From assembly GCA_937922805.1 (NCBI GenBank), contig CALAJV010000001.1, forward strand, positions 98,560 through 162,559: a DNA stretch of 64,000 nt, read 5' to 3'. A model generated the notes under the pieces. It was not told where the DNA came from. It did not search any database and saw only the letters and a list, made by a program, of their open reading frames with translations. The stretch is from an uncultured Acidimicrobiales bacterium (GTDB lineage Bacteria > Actinomycetota > Acidimicrobiia > Acidimicrobiales > SZUA-35). Shown one piece after another: positions 17,087-27,036 of the stretch (the first letter of the stretch is position 1; each line of letters starts with the position of its first letter). Position numbers and translations under genes: made by a program.

Positions 17087-19168
17087 ATGGAAGATCACAG
17101 GGTACGATCGCGGCTCTTTTCAGGTGTAATCGCGTCGGTCTTCGTCGCAATTGTTGCGCTCACGGTCACGGTTACTGGCACCGGGCTCGAGACGTATACC
17201 TCCGCTAGCCAGCAAGTATCGAGTGTCGGCAGCACCGGGGATCGCGGCTCAGTAGCTGTGACTACGACGGACCAACAAGACCTTCTGACCGCATCACCAT
17301 CCGGTGACGACCACGCGGCTGATCTGCTCGGCGACTCAGCTCCGGTCGCGCTTGGATCACCCCCGGACGAGTTAGCCATGGTAGACGAAGCTGGTTTGTC
17401 GACCGACAGAAACCGAAGTTCAGCCGCTGGGGTTAGCGAAGATGCCGACAAGGCTGTTGCTGGCGCCAGTCGAGTTGGACTAACTAGGCAATCAACAGGG
17501 GTCGACAACACCGAACCCAAAAACGCAGGCAAGACATCCACCAACACCAGTGCGACCAACGCTCGAGGAACCGTGCCCTCTACTGAAAACGTTAGAACCC
17601 AACCGACCGCGTCCATCCCGACAACCACGAGGGCTGCTCGCACCGGAGGCGACCCAAAGATCACAGTTGGCCCAACCACAGTCTTTAGACCAGTGACCAC
17701 GGCGAGGCGGGTCTCGAACCCGACGACGAGAAAGGTTGGCACCTCCACTAGCGTTCCAGCTGCGGTCAAGCCAGTAGCCAAAAAGCCAACGGTAGTGAAG
17801 CCAAGCACCGCTTCTACCAGGCGCGGATCGACAGCTTCTACGACTCAGACCGCGACATCGATCGCCAAGGCCGGCACTCAGCCGACGTCAAGTCCAACAA
17901 CATCCAAACCAACAACTGCCACTCCCGCAACAACGAAACTCCCCGCCAAAGCACCAACAACCAAGGCACCAACAACCAAGGCGCCAACGACCGGTTCCTC
18001 GACCACCTCACCGGCAAACGCTGGCCTGGCAGCTAAGGCACTCTTTGTTGATGGGACGAACGGCTATGGAGGTAATCCGGGCACTGAGCAAGCTCCATTC
18101 AAGCGACCGATCGAAGCGCTAGTCAAAGCAGAACCGGGAACGACGATCTATTTGCGGGGCGGAACGTACTCCGACCAAACCCACGGCACTAACATCATTC
18201 GGAGAAGCGGCACTCCCGACAATTGGATTCGGATTACTCCCTACCCAGGGGAACGAGTTGAGTTAGTTGCCGGTGGCCAATGGGGAAATGGCTTTGAAGT
18301 CCAAGCTGCGTCCTACATCGAAATTTCAGGATTCGTGATCAGAGGTCGTAGCGACAGCATCCACGGCAGCGGCGTCTTCGGCAAAGATGGCGCTCACGAT
18401 GTTCGAGTTGCCAACAACTACATCGAAGGATTCGGCGGTGCTGGCATATCGTTCGTCAAGAGCTCACGAGTTCGCATCGAGGGTAACGAGGTTCGCAACA
18501 ACGCAATGCGTAGCCACTATCAGGGAAGCGGCATTTCGTTGTATCGATCCGAGGGTGCAGCTGGGGCCGGCATCTCTAATGTGATTAGGAACAACTACGT
18601 CGTTGGCAATCGCAACGAGGTTCGAGCTACCGACGGTCGGATCACGGACGGGAACTGCATCATCCTTGATGAGCTCGACCTCTCCGGTTACCAAGGTTCA
18701 ACGTTGATCGAAAACAACGTCTGTCTCGAAAATGGTGGTCGCGGTGTCCTCTTGTTCTGGTCGAGCAACGTTACCGCCAGAAACAACACCTTGATCGGAA
18801 ATGGTTGGAGTCCGGAGCTAAGCAGCGGCCGAGGGGAAATGGCAGCTGGTCATGGAACGAACATTGTGTTCAACAACAACCTCGTGTTCAACCGGTCAGG
18901 CGTTTCTTCCTTCGTACGAACCAACGCCCAAGCAACGTTCACCAACAACTATGTGATGTCCGGCCCGCCGCCAGATGCCGGCAATCACCTTTTGAACCCT
19001 GATCGACAATATTTCAACGGGGCTTCCGCCAGCGGTCCGGTTACCAATTTCAGGCCGACGTCATCAAGTGGCTTGGCCGGTACCGGACGGAGTGACCTGC
19101 AGTCGACCCACGATTTGTCCGGTCGCTCCCGATCCGCGCCAGGAACCGTTGGAGCTCTTGAACAGTAG
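17087..19168 (+). CDS. Secreted right-handed parallel beta-helix protein with long Thr/Pro/Lys-rich linker
   Basis: TM/signal helix. About 250 aa of low-complexity sequence, including KAPTT x3. Then repeated beta-helix turns (NNYIEGFGGAGISF, IEGNEVRNN, NNYVVGN, ENNVCLENGGRGV, ARNNTLIGNG). The ATG at 17087 is preferred over the track's TTG at 17060. Confidence 0.7.
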   Translation: MEDHRVRSRLFSGVIASVFVAIVALTVTVTGTGLETYTSASQQVSSVGSTGDRGSVAVTTTDQQDLLTASPSGDDHAADLLGDSAPVALGSPPDELAMVDEAGLSTDRNRSSAAGVSEDADKAVAGASRVGLTRQSTGVDNTEPKNAGKTSTNTSATNARGTVPSTENVRTQPTASIPTTTRAARTGGDPKITVGPTTVFRPVTTARRVSNPTTRKVGTSTSVPAAVKPVAKKPTVVKPSTASTRRGSTASTTQTATSIAKAGTQPTSSPTTSKPTTATPATTKLPAKAPTTKAPTTKAPTTGSSTTSPANAGLAAKALFVDGTNGYGGNPGTEQAPFKRPIEALVKAEPGTTIYLRGGTYSDQTHGTNIIRRSGTPDNWIRITPYPGERVELVAGGQWGNGFEVQAASYIEISGFVIRGRSDSIHGSGVFGKDGAHDVRVANNYIEGFGGAGISFVKSSRVRIEGNEVRNNAMRSHYQGSGISLYRSEGAAGAGISNVIRNNYVVGNRNEVRATDGRITDGNCIILDELDLSGYQGSTLIENNVCLENGGRGVLLFWSSNVTARNNTLIGNGWSPELSSGRGEMAAGHGTNIVFNNNLVFNRSGVSSFVRTNAQATFTNNYVMSGPPPDAGNHLLNPDRQYFNGASASGPVTNFRPTSSSGLAGTGRSDLQSTHDLSGRSRSAPGTVGALEQ
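17948..17992 (+). repeat. Three tandem 15-nt units encoding KAPTT
   Basis: aaagcaccaacaacc / aaggcaccaacaacc / aaggcgccaacgacc. Confidence 0.85.
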
Positions 19169-19282
19169 AGTTTTGGCCAAATAGCCAGCTACAAACCCAT
19201 TACGTTGCTTCAAATTTGCATTACCGGTGAACTTCTTAGATAAATAGTAAACACTTGAACTACTAAGAAGCGAGGCTGGGCG

Positions 19283-19915
19283 ATGGTGGCAACATGCAGG
19301 TTGGCAGCTCTTGTCGCGGTGGCGGTCGTGTTCGCCTCCGGGTGCGGGAGCGACGATGAACAGGTCTCTCCGACTACCAATCAGAAGGTCACGATCACCT
19401 CGACCAGCTTGGCGCCGATCACTGGCACCGCTCCGACTAACGGCGAGTTAAGCGCTGAGGATTTAGCAACCGACGCTGACGACCTCGACTTGGTTGGCAG
19501 CGGCACAGCCGATGAACCAAATGCCCCTTCCACGACCGAAGTTTTGGATGAGTTCGTAGCTTCTACCACGGCCAACCCGGTCAACGCCGAGAAAATCGAC
19601 CAAGTGGGAACTGAGATAGTCGAAGCATGGTGGTACCCATCAGGGCCGACCACCTATGCCGAGTTAGCTGACTCACTCGAAGACAAATCACTAATCAGCC
19701 AAGCGCTCGCCGACCAGTGGCGGACACAAGGCAACCAAACAATCATCCCAGCCCCCGCCGAAACAAAAATCATACGGATGTGGCCAGTCCGGGTAGCCGA
19801 AGACAACGCCACCTTTCAAATATCGGCAGTAGCCGAAGGCGAAACCGACGAGACCCTCACCTTTCTCGAGTTTGAACTCGACGAAGGACAGTGGAAGGCG
19901 GTCGGAATCGAATGA
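19283..19915 (+). CDS. Lipoprotein of unknown function
   Basis: Lipobox VVFASGC-GS with an acidic mature protein. Its stop overlaps the next start (ATGA). Confidence 0.55.
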   Translation: MVATCRLAALVAVAVVFASGCGSDDEQVSPTTNQKVTITSTSLAPITGTAPTNGELSAEDLATDADDLDLVGSGTADEPNAPSTTEVLDEFVASTTANPVNAEKIDQVGTEIVEAWWYPSGPTTYAELADSLEDKSLISQALADQWRTQGNQTIIPAPAETKIIRMWPVRVAEDNATFQISAVAEGETDETLTFLEFELDEGQWKAVGIE

Positions 19916-21093
19916 GCAAACACATATCCCGGACCGTCGTTGCCGTCTTGTTGGTGGCCGCTCTTCTATCAACTACCGGCAGTCAGGCCTCAGCCCACGA
20001 ACCAAGCTGCGGCGACCACCCAAACCAAAATAGGGGTTTGGTCGTATCTTCGAGACAGAGTTTAACCGGTGAGCAAGTTGGCAACGCTCGACTAATAATG
20101 GGGGTCGCTCAACAAAGGCGCCTACCTCGGATAGCAGCCGAAGTGGCGATCACGGCCGCACTGCAAGCCTCGTCGCTTAAGAACTCTCCTGGTAACAACC
20201 TAGGGCTGTTTCAGCAAACTCCTCGTTACTACCCTGGCGTGGCTATCTCCTCGCCTGGTGGAGCTACCAATGCCTTCTATGACCGGCTCATCACGGTCCC
20301 ACGATGGCGAACTACCCCAATCGCAACAACTGCCCGAACTGTGCAGGCTGCCAAGGCGACAAGAGCATTTACGAACGCCGCTCCTATCGCAACGGTGGTT
20401 GTTGACCGGTGGTGGGGCAATCCTGATAACCCAACCGAATGCCCTACCGGCGACCCGTCCACCAACGGCACCGACCAATCAAGCAGCGACACCAACCCTT
20501 CATCAGCAACGAGTGCGTCAGCACCAAGTTCGGCCGCAACGAGTTCGCCAGCAGCGAGTGGCTCAAACGGGGCAACCGGCCAATCGAACAGCCAAGCGAG
20601 TGGCAACAGGTCCAGTGCCTCACGTAACTCACCAACCACGACCCAGAGAAGTTCGGCCAAAAAATCGACAACAGTCCGAAAGATAACGCCGCCCCGGATC
20701 TCCACCGTCGCCGGGACGAATCGAGTCACGGTTCGCGGCATCGTCGTGAATCGAACGATTGGCAGCAACCTTCAACGCCTTCTGACCGCAGCAAGTGAAG
20801 ACGGCCTTACCCTTACCGGCTCTGGCTGGCGCGATCCTGCCCGCCAAATAGCACTTCGAAAACAGAACTGTGGCCGGAGTACGTTTGCCATCTATCAGAG
20901 GTCGCCCAGCCTTTGTAAGCCTCCGACTGCCCGACCAGGAACGTCGAACCATGAGAAGGGCCTTGCCGTCGATTTTCGAAATTGCAGCACCCGTTCGACC
21001 GCATGCTACAAGTGGCTGAAAGCCAACGCCAGCAAATACGGCCTCCGGAACTTGCCGTCGGAGCCGTGGCACTGGAGTGTCAACGGGCGTTAG
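19912..21093 (+). CDS. Secreted peptidase M15 (VanY / D-alanyl-D-alanine carboxypeptidase-like) with Ser-rich linker
   Basis: Signal peptide AVLLVAALLSTTGSQASA. C-terminal motifs GSGWRDPARQ, PGTSNHEKGLAVDF and EPWHW are typical of M15B/VanY zinc peptidases. The ATG at 19912 overlaps the upstream stop. Confidence 0.75.
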   Translation: MSKHISRTVVAVLLVAALLSTTGSQASAHEPSCGDHPNQNRGLVVSSRQSLTGEQVGNARLIMGVAQQRRLPRIAAEVAITAALQASSLKNSPGNNLGLFQQTPRYYPGVAISSPGGATNAFYDRLITVPRWRTTPIATTARTVQAAKATRAFTNAAPIATVVVDRWWGNPDNPTECPTGDPSTNGTDQSSSDTNPSSATSASAPSSAATSSPAASGSNGATGQSNSQASGNRSSASRNSPTTTQRSSAKKSTTVRKITPPRISTVAGTNRVTVRGIVVNRTIGSNLQRLLTAASEDGLTLTGSGWRDPARQIALRKQNCGRSTFAIYQRSPSLCKPPTARPGTSNHEKGLAVDFRNCSTRSTACYKWLKANASKYGLRNLPSEPWHWSVNGR

Positions 21094-24000
21094 CGGCCAG
21101 CGAAATTCACCTGGGGGCTTGGTGTCGATGGGGTAACGCCAAGGTCAATTATCGGAGCGTGGTATCCGGTTTGGGAGCGGTAGTACGGCCACTGACTAGC
21201 TAACAACTCCTCAAGCCCACCGGGTAACGCGCACCGACGAACCATCTCTACTATCTCGGCGCACGACCCAGATGAAATCGACGAACCATCAATAGTCGTG
21301 TAGTCGCGAGCCAACGCTTCGGCAACTACTAACCCAGGGATTCCTCGCCCAAGACCTTCCAAGATGGCCGAACTCGCAACCGACAGTGACACGAACATCA
21401 TGTTGGGAAGGGCTAACCGTAGCGGATGCTCAACTACTGTCTTCCACTCAACCGAGCCGTCAATGACTCGATCTAACCAAGCTTCGTTCTCACCGCTCAA
21501 CCCTTTGGGCTTAAAGTAGATTTCGATATTGCAGTCGTTTTTAAGCTGTTCTAGCCCATTGAAGAACTTGTTGTAAGCCACCTCATGTTGGGACTGGTGC
21601 ACAAAAGGCATCAACCCAAGAGTGTTCTTTCCGCCCAGAATGACTACAGACAAAGGCTCATTGGGGTCGATGAGTTGCATCGTCGGCGTGTCGAGCATGA
21701 GGTCGGGCCGATGGGCCACTTCCACATCCGGGAATCGAGCTTTCCACGTCTCGCAGCCAACTTGTGTAACAGCGTTAACCCGATCGAAGGTATCCCGATG
21801 CCGAGCTTGGACATCAACTGGATTGGCCGAGTGAGGCCACAACGTTACGTTGCCTCCTCGGGACGAAACTGCGGCCGCGAAAACCGTCGTCTCCATGTAC
21901 AAATTGTCAGCTACGTGCGCTTGTTTCACCTGGCGAAGGTCGACTTCAGCCACACAGAGTTCATACATCTCATTGAGGCTAGGCAGCAGCATCTCTCCCA
22001 ACCAGTCAAGCCAATCCCCCTCGATCGGTACTGTTAGTCCAAGTTGGGTCTGACTTGTCTCGTTGGCACCAACCAGGTCGGAGGATTCAAACCAAGCGAC
22101 CGTGTCGTAGTCATATTTGAATACTGGGAGCAGCGATCGCGGCGGCAGGAACGTCGCCGACAAGTCCAACGGTTCGAACGTAGTCCGATCGTAGGCAAGA
22201 CCTTGGATTACGTAGCCGCTGGCATACACCAACGGGTCGACCAGTTCATCAACCACAGTTTGAATCGAACGGATGCCGGCGGGCACGACGGCTACTTCAG
22301 TATTTTCTTTATCGACTTCTTTCGTTGTGCCCCGGCTACGCAGCAGCACCGGGCTCGGTCTTAGCACCAGTGAATTGAGTTCATTCCATTGATACGGATC
22401 TGATCGCTGATTCACAAAGCAACAAAAGAATACGTTCGCTCCCAGTCGGTAAAGCTCCCGATAGAGATAAAACTGTCCGATCTCTGTTGGCGTAAACGAA
22501 CTCATGTATTCAATCGGCTTGCCTGAAAGCTCAACAAAGACGGGGTCGGTTCCGGCCTCTTTCGCTATCGAAGCTGCCAGGCGACGGACCGGCTCGCGAA
22601 CACACAGCTCAGCGTAGATTAGTCGGAACACGGCTTCGGTCAGCATTGGGCCAGCTAGGTCGGTCTGGCTTTCGAACCGTGACCGGAACTCGTTGGCCAA
22701 CTCAAGTGCTTCTCGCTCTAGCGGCACCGAACCTTGAGGCATCTCAGGCCATAGTTCTGCTTCGCTTTGAAGTCGAATTCGTTCCTCGACCACGTTGGCT
22801 GAAAAGAAGCGACCACCTTTTACTAGGAGCTCAAGACTGGTCTCTTGGCAGACGTTGAATTGGCGGTACTCCATCGTCGGACGAACCCGACTAATCGGAG
22901 CAGCGGCGGCAAACGAAACTTCCATCGCTTGGATCTCATCACGAAGAGCTTGGTTGGCCATTGATTCTGGCAACGTCGACCAGACCGGGATGCCGCTGGG
23001 CTGTCCAACGATCGGTTTCGATGCTTCCAAAGTGAACAAAGCCAGCCGATATTTGAGTCGAGCGTGACGAGGGTAGACGGCAACACCTTGCCGAAGAATC
23101 GCTAGCGCTCGGCTACCAGAGCCAACGCGAATCAAAACGTCAGCAAGAGCCAAATAGAGCGTGGCAGAAGCCGATACCGCTCCTCCATTGCCAGCTACCC
23201 AACTGTCTGCGAACCGACGCCAATGACCTTCATGCCATTCCAAATCAGCGGCCTTCTCTGGCAACGTTACTAGTGGCAATAGTTGGTCGTTATCAAACTT
23301 CTCGGCGTTGCGTTCATCCTCGCTAGTTACGAGATCCTGCCATCGTTTCAACGCAGTTGGCCAGTCATTTTCAATCATGGCCTCTTGAGCCCACCGACTT
23401 AGCGAACCGGCACTTGATGGCCATTGCTCAACGGCAAGTCGACATATTTCCTTTGCTTTGTTGTACTTGCCGTCAGATCTATAGACATGAGCTAATCGAC
23501 CATAGACTCTTGGGTCAACGGCCGGATCTCGCTTGATCGCTGCCTCCAAATAGGAAGCCGCTTCCGAGTAATTCCGCACTTGCAACAAGACGTTTGCCAG
23601 CTCTATTAGCGCTAGGCCGTCATGTCGGAAGGCTTCGCTCGTTTGGTGTAGAACCTCAATCGCCTCGTCTCGGCTGCCTTCAGCTGCTAACCCCTGAGCG
23701 AACGCTACATACGAGTCAGCACCTACCGCGTGACCGTGACGCTCGATTACGGTCCGATACCGAGAAACAACGTCGGCGCTGTTCTTGGCCTTTTTCGCCA
23801 GCGCAGCCCATTCCAAATCAAGTTCTATTTGGTGGCCCAATGCAGTCCAGCCGGAGTAGATAGCCCGATCGGCTCCAATCAAGTTACCGGCCTTGAACCG
23901 GCAGATCGCCAGCTTGATATAGACGACTGAATCAAGCTCACCGTAGTGACCGATCAACCATTCAAATCGGCGGACAGCCTCGACCCACCGAGACGCCGAC

Positions 24001-24797
24001 ATCGCCACCTGGGCCCATTCGAAATCAAACCGCTCAGAACGACCGTGTTTCTCCCAACCCTCCATGATCGCAACATCAGCCGCGGCATAGTGACCAATGG
24101 CTTTGTTGGCAACAGCTAGCTTCAGGTAGATAACCGGAGGCGCGTCGTTGTGATTGGCTAGAACCCATTTGAGCCGCTCGATTGCCTCAGTCCACTGCTG
24201 AGCTTTGATGGCGATTTGAGCGTGTTCAATATCGAGTCGCTGCAACCTACCATGCACAGCCCAGCCTTCGGCGATGGCCTTGTCTGCCCCATCAAAATCC
24301 CCAAGGTCACTCTTGGCTATGGCAAGCTTGACATAGGCCACCGGGGGCAACTTTTCCGTGGTACTGGTGAGTTCTTCCAGCCGTGATGCAGCTGCGCCCC
24401 AATCTCGTTGCTTCATAGCGATATCGGCCCATTCCACCGCAATGATCGATGAATCCGGGAAACGGGCCCGACCAGCGAGAATCACTACCTCAGCACCATC
24501 AAGGTCGCCTTGTTCCCGGTGGGCTATCGACACCCACACATACAGCTGCGGAGTTACATCAACATGGTCGAGCAATGGCGTTAGCCGTTCCACCACTTCC
24601 GACCATTGCTGGTCACGAAACGCCGCCTCGGCCGCGGCGACATCCGAACCATTAGAGGTTGGACCTTGTTTTTGGCCATCGGCTCCCGGATCATCCTGAG
24701 CTTGGCTTCGCCGCCCGAACTTCCGGATCTTCATCACAGGCAAAGGCTTTCGTTCGACGCTTTTTTCTCGACCACTAAAACTTGATAAGACGGCCAC
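21090..24797 (-). CDS. 1235-aa protein with N-terminal TPR/Sel1-like tandem repeats and a C-terminal region resembling a GT-B-type (capsule-synthesis/KpsS-like) glycosyltransferase half
   Basis: There are at least four repeats of about 70 aa, with the pattern EWAxxAxxxxxWxEAxxRxxW...YxKLAxxxxxxGxxxxADxAIxxGWxxHGR. The C-terminus contains VVILGGKN...IYFKPKG...MFVSLSVASSAILEGLGRGIPGLV, a Rossmann-like pattern. The gene is transcribed divergently from pseB. Confidence 0.55.
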   Translation of the reverse strand: MAVLSSFSGREKSVERKPLPVMKIRKFGRRSQAQDDPGADGQKQGPTSNGSDVAAAEAAFRDQQWSEVVERLTPLLDHVDVTPQLYVWVSIAHREQGDLDGAEVVILAGRARFPDSSIIAVEWADIAMKQRDWGAAASRLEELTSTTEKLPPVAYVKLAIAKSDLGDFDGADKAIAEGWAVHGRLQRLDIEHAQIAIKAQQWTEAIERLKWVLANHNDAPPVIYLKLAVANKAIGHYAAADVAIMEGWEKHGRSERFDFEWAQVAMSASRWVEAVRRFEWLIGHYGELDSVVYIKLAICRFKAGNLIGADRAIYSGWTALGHQIELDLEWAALAKKAKNSADVVSRYRTVIERHGHAVGADSYVAFAQGLAAEGSRDEAIEVLHQTSEAFRHDGLALIELANVLLQVRNYSEAASYLEAAIKRDPAVDPRVYGRLAHVYRSDGKYNKAKEICRLAVEQWPSSAGSLSRWAQEAMIENDWPTALKRWQDLVTSEDERNAEKFDNDQLLPLVTLPEKAADLEWHEGHWRRFADSWVAGNGGAVSASATLYLALADVLIRVGSGSRALAILRQGVAVYPRHARLKYRLALFTLEASKPIVGQPSGIPVWSTLPESMANQALRDEIQAMEVSFAAAAPISRVRPTMEYRQFNVCQETSLELLVKGGRFFSANVVEERIRLQSEAELWPEMPQGSVPLEREALELANEFRSRFESQTDLAGPMLTEAVFRLIYAELCVREPVRRLAASIAKEAGTDPVFVELSGKPIEYMSSFTPTEIGQFYLYRELYRLGANVFFCCFVNQRSDPYQWNELNSLVLRPSPVLLRSRGTTKEVDKENTEVAVVPAGIRSIQTVVDELVDPLVYASGYVIQGLAYDRTTFEPLDLSATFLPPRSLLPVFKYDYDTVAWFESSDLVGANETSQTQLGLTVPIEGDWLDWLGEMLLPSLNEMYELCVAEVDLRQVKQAHVADNLYMETTVFAAAVSSRGGNVTLWPHSANPVDVQARHRDTFDRVNAVTQVGCETWKARFPDVEVAHRPDLMLDTPTMQLIDPNEPLSVVILGGKNTLGLMPFVHQSQHEVAYNKFFNGLEQLKNDCNIEIYFKPKGLSGENEAWLDRVIDGSVEWKTVVEHPLRLALPNMMFVSLSVASSAILEGLGRGIPGLVVAEALARDYTTIDGSSISSGSCAEIVEMVRRCALPGGLEELLASQWPYYRSQTGYHAPIIDLGVTPSTPSPQVNFAGR

Positions 24798-24877
24798 GTT
24801 ACCAGTCTCTTGCTGAGTTATGGTTACATTTCAGTGCATCAATAGACGCATGTTCGCCGCCGCTTGGAGATATCGCT

Positions 24878-25882
24878 TTGTTCGATAACAAGACCATTCT
24901 AGTTACCGGTGGTACCGGTTCATTTGGAAGACAATTCACCGAAACCATATTGAATCGGTACTCACCAGCCAAGATCATCATCTACAGCAGAGACGAACTA
25001 AAGCAGTTTGAGATGCAGTCGACCGAGCCGTTTGCCTCTAATAAGGGGGTTTTGCGGTGGTTTATCGGCGACGTGAGGGATGAACCCCGATTGCGGATGG
25101 CGATGGAAGGGGTCGACTACGTTGTCCACGCCGCTGCCCTCAAACAGGTACCAGCCGTCGAATACAACCCGTTTGAGGCAGTCAAGACCAATATAATTGG
25201 CGCAGAAAACATTATTAATGCTTGTATGAGCAGCAACGTGCATCGCGTTATAGCGTTAAGCACAGATAAGGCCGCTGCACCAATAAATCTTTATGGTGCA
25301 ACAAAGTTGGCGTCGGACAAGTTGTTCATCGCCGCCAACAATCACCGCGGGTCACGCGACATTCGCTTTTCAACCGTTCGGTACGGCAACGTGATGGGCA
25401 GTCGAGGCTCGGTCATCCCCTTCTTCCAGAAGAAGGCCACGTCCGGAGTTATTCCGGTAACCGATGAACGAATGACGCGCTTCAACATCACGCTCCAACA
25501 AGGGGTCGATTTCGTAATCTCATGCTTCGATCGAATGTGGGGCGGTGAAACGTTCGTGCCGAAGATTCCTTCTTATCGAATCCTCGACGTCGCCGAAGCC
25601 GTCGACCCAAACGCCGCGGTCAAAACTGTGGGTATACGCCCCGGCGAAAAACTACACGAAGAGATGATTACTCGAACCGATTCACTCATGACAGTCGAGT
25701 TCGACGACTACTTCGTGATCCTTCCATCATCGGAACAATGGAACGTCGATGACTTCCGCCGAGATAGCGGGTCGAGCAAAGGCCGCTCGGTCAAAGACGG
25801 TTTCAACTACAGCAGCGACAAAAACCCTGACTTCTTGACCGTTGAAGACATTCGCGCCCTGATCGAATCGGAACTGCGGTAA
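24878..25882 (+). CDS. pseB: UDP-N-acetylglucosamine 4,6-dehydratase (inverting)
   Basis: FDNKTILVTGGTGSFG, IIIYSRDELKQ, FIGDVRD, HAAALKQVP, ALSTDKAAAPINLYGATKL, VRYGNVMGSRGSV. The track ORF starts at 24782, which would overlap the divergent gene. The in-frame TTG at 24878 gives the canonical N-terminus. Confidence 0.85.
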   Translation: MFDNKTILVTGGTGSFGRQFTETILNRYSPAKIIIYSRDELKQFEMQSTEPFASNKGVLRWFIGDVRDEPRLRMAMEGVDYVVHAAALKQVPAVEYNPFEAVKTNIIGAENIINACMSSNVHRVIALSTDKAAAPINLYGATKLASDKLFIAANNHRGSRDIRFSTVRYGNVMGSRGSVIPFFQKKATSGVIPVTDERMTRFNITLQQGVDFVISCFDRMWGGETFVPKIPSYRILDVAEAVDPNAAVKTVGIRPGEKLHEEMITRTDSLMTVEFDDYFVILPSSEQWNVDDFRRDSGSSKGRSVKDGFNYSSDKNPDFLTVEDIRALIESELR

Positions 25883-27036
25883 TGTCCTACGTTCCGTATG
25901 GACGTCAAGTAATTGACGAAGATGACATAGCCGCTGTTGCTGATGTACTGCGGGGCGATTGGCTTACTACCGGACCAATGGTCGACGCTTTCGAAGCCGC
26001 CTTCTCATCGTTCGTAGATGCCGACTACGGCGTGGCAGTAAGTAACGGCACCGCAGCGCTACATCTGGCGATGTTGGCGGCAAACGTGGGTCCGGGGGAC
26101 GAAGTCATCGTTGCCGCGCTGACGTTTGCTGCGAGCGCCAATTGCGCTAGGTACGTTGGCGCCGATGTCGTCTTTGCTGATGTGGACGAAAAGACCTTGA
26201 CTATCGACACCGATCACGTTGCGTCGCTGATAACCGAACGAACAAAGGCAATCGTTGCTGTTGACTACGCCGGAATCCCTTGTGATTTGGATGAGCTTCT
26301 GGCTCTAGCGAGCGTTCACGATTTGGTCCTCATCGAGGATGCTTGCCACGCTCCAGGCGCTCAGTACAAAGGCCGCCCGGTCGGATCCATCGCTCACATG
26401 TCAACGTTCAGCTTTCACCCGGTCAAACACCTGACCACCGGTGAGGGCGGCATGGTTACGACCAATGACCCAGAGCTGGCGAATCGGGTTCGCAAGCTTC
26501 GAAGCCATGGAATCAGTACCGACTTCCGGGAGCGAGTTGAACAAGGAACTTGGGCCTATGACATGGTCGAGCTCGGATTCAACTACCGACTACCTGACTT
26601 GAACTGCGCTCTTGGACTATCCCAGCTTGAGAAGATGACCGGCTGGATTGATCGGCGGCAGCAGTTGGTCGCTAACTACAATCTGGCATTCGAAAAATTG
26701 GATCACGTTCGCACCCCAAGCCATCCCGACGACCGGGTCAGCACCTGGCACCTATACCCGTTTCGATTTACCGGCGAAGACGCCAACACGCTCCGGTCCG
26801 AAATGTTCGATCGGCTGCGAGCCGAAGGCATCGGGGTCAATGTTCACTACCTCCCGGTGTACTGGCACAGCTACTACCAAGGGTTGGGTTACAAACGAGG
26901 GCTTTGCCCCAAGGCCGAAGCGGCGTACGGCGGATTGCTTTCACTGCCAATGTGGCCTGGGCTTTCCGATCAATCCCAGAACCGCGTTATCGAGACTCTG
27001 ATCTCGAACTGTGAGGATCTCTTTGCTCTCCGATGA
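25882..27036 (+). CDS. pseC: UDP-4-amino-4,6-dideoxy-N-acetyl-beta-L-altrosamine transaminase (DegT family)
   Basis: The N-terminal PYGRQVIDEDDI...GDWLTTGPMV is characteristic of PseC. The FSFHPVKHLTTGEGG segment holds the PLP lysine. Its ATG overlaps the pseB stop by 1 nt. Confidence 0.85.
   Translation: MSYVPYGRQVIDEDDIAAVADVLRGDWLTTGPMVDAFEAAFSSFVDADYGVAVSNGTAALHLAMLAANVGPGDEVIVAALTFAASANCARYVGADVVFADVDEKTLTIDTDHVASLITERTKAIVAVDYAGIPCDLDELLALASVHDLVLIEDACHAPGAQYKGRPVGSIAHMSTFSFHPVKHLTTGEGGMVTTNDPELANRVRKLRSHGISTDFRERVEQGTWAYDMVELGFNYRLPDLNCALGLSQLEKMTGWIDRRQQLVANYNLAFEKLDHVRTPSHPDDRVSTWHLYPFRFTGEDANTLRSEMFDRLRAEGIGVNVHYLPVYWHSYYQGLGYKRGLCPKAEAAYGGLLSLPMWPGLSDQSQNRVIETLISNCEDLFALR

Noticed and set aside
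17095-17808. 237-aa minus-strand ORF
   Set aside because: It is antisense to the low-complexity Thr/Pro/Ala linker of the beta-helix protein, a typical compositional artefact in GC-rich repeats.
20258-20768. ORFs 20258-20686 (+), 20277-20768 (-) and 20444-20671 (-)
   Set aside because: These are alternative-frame and antisense ORFs across the Ser-rich linker of the M15 peptidase gene. The annotated frame alone carries the signal peptide and catalytic motifs.
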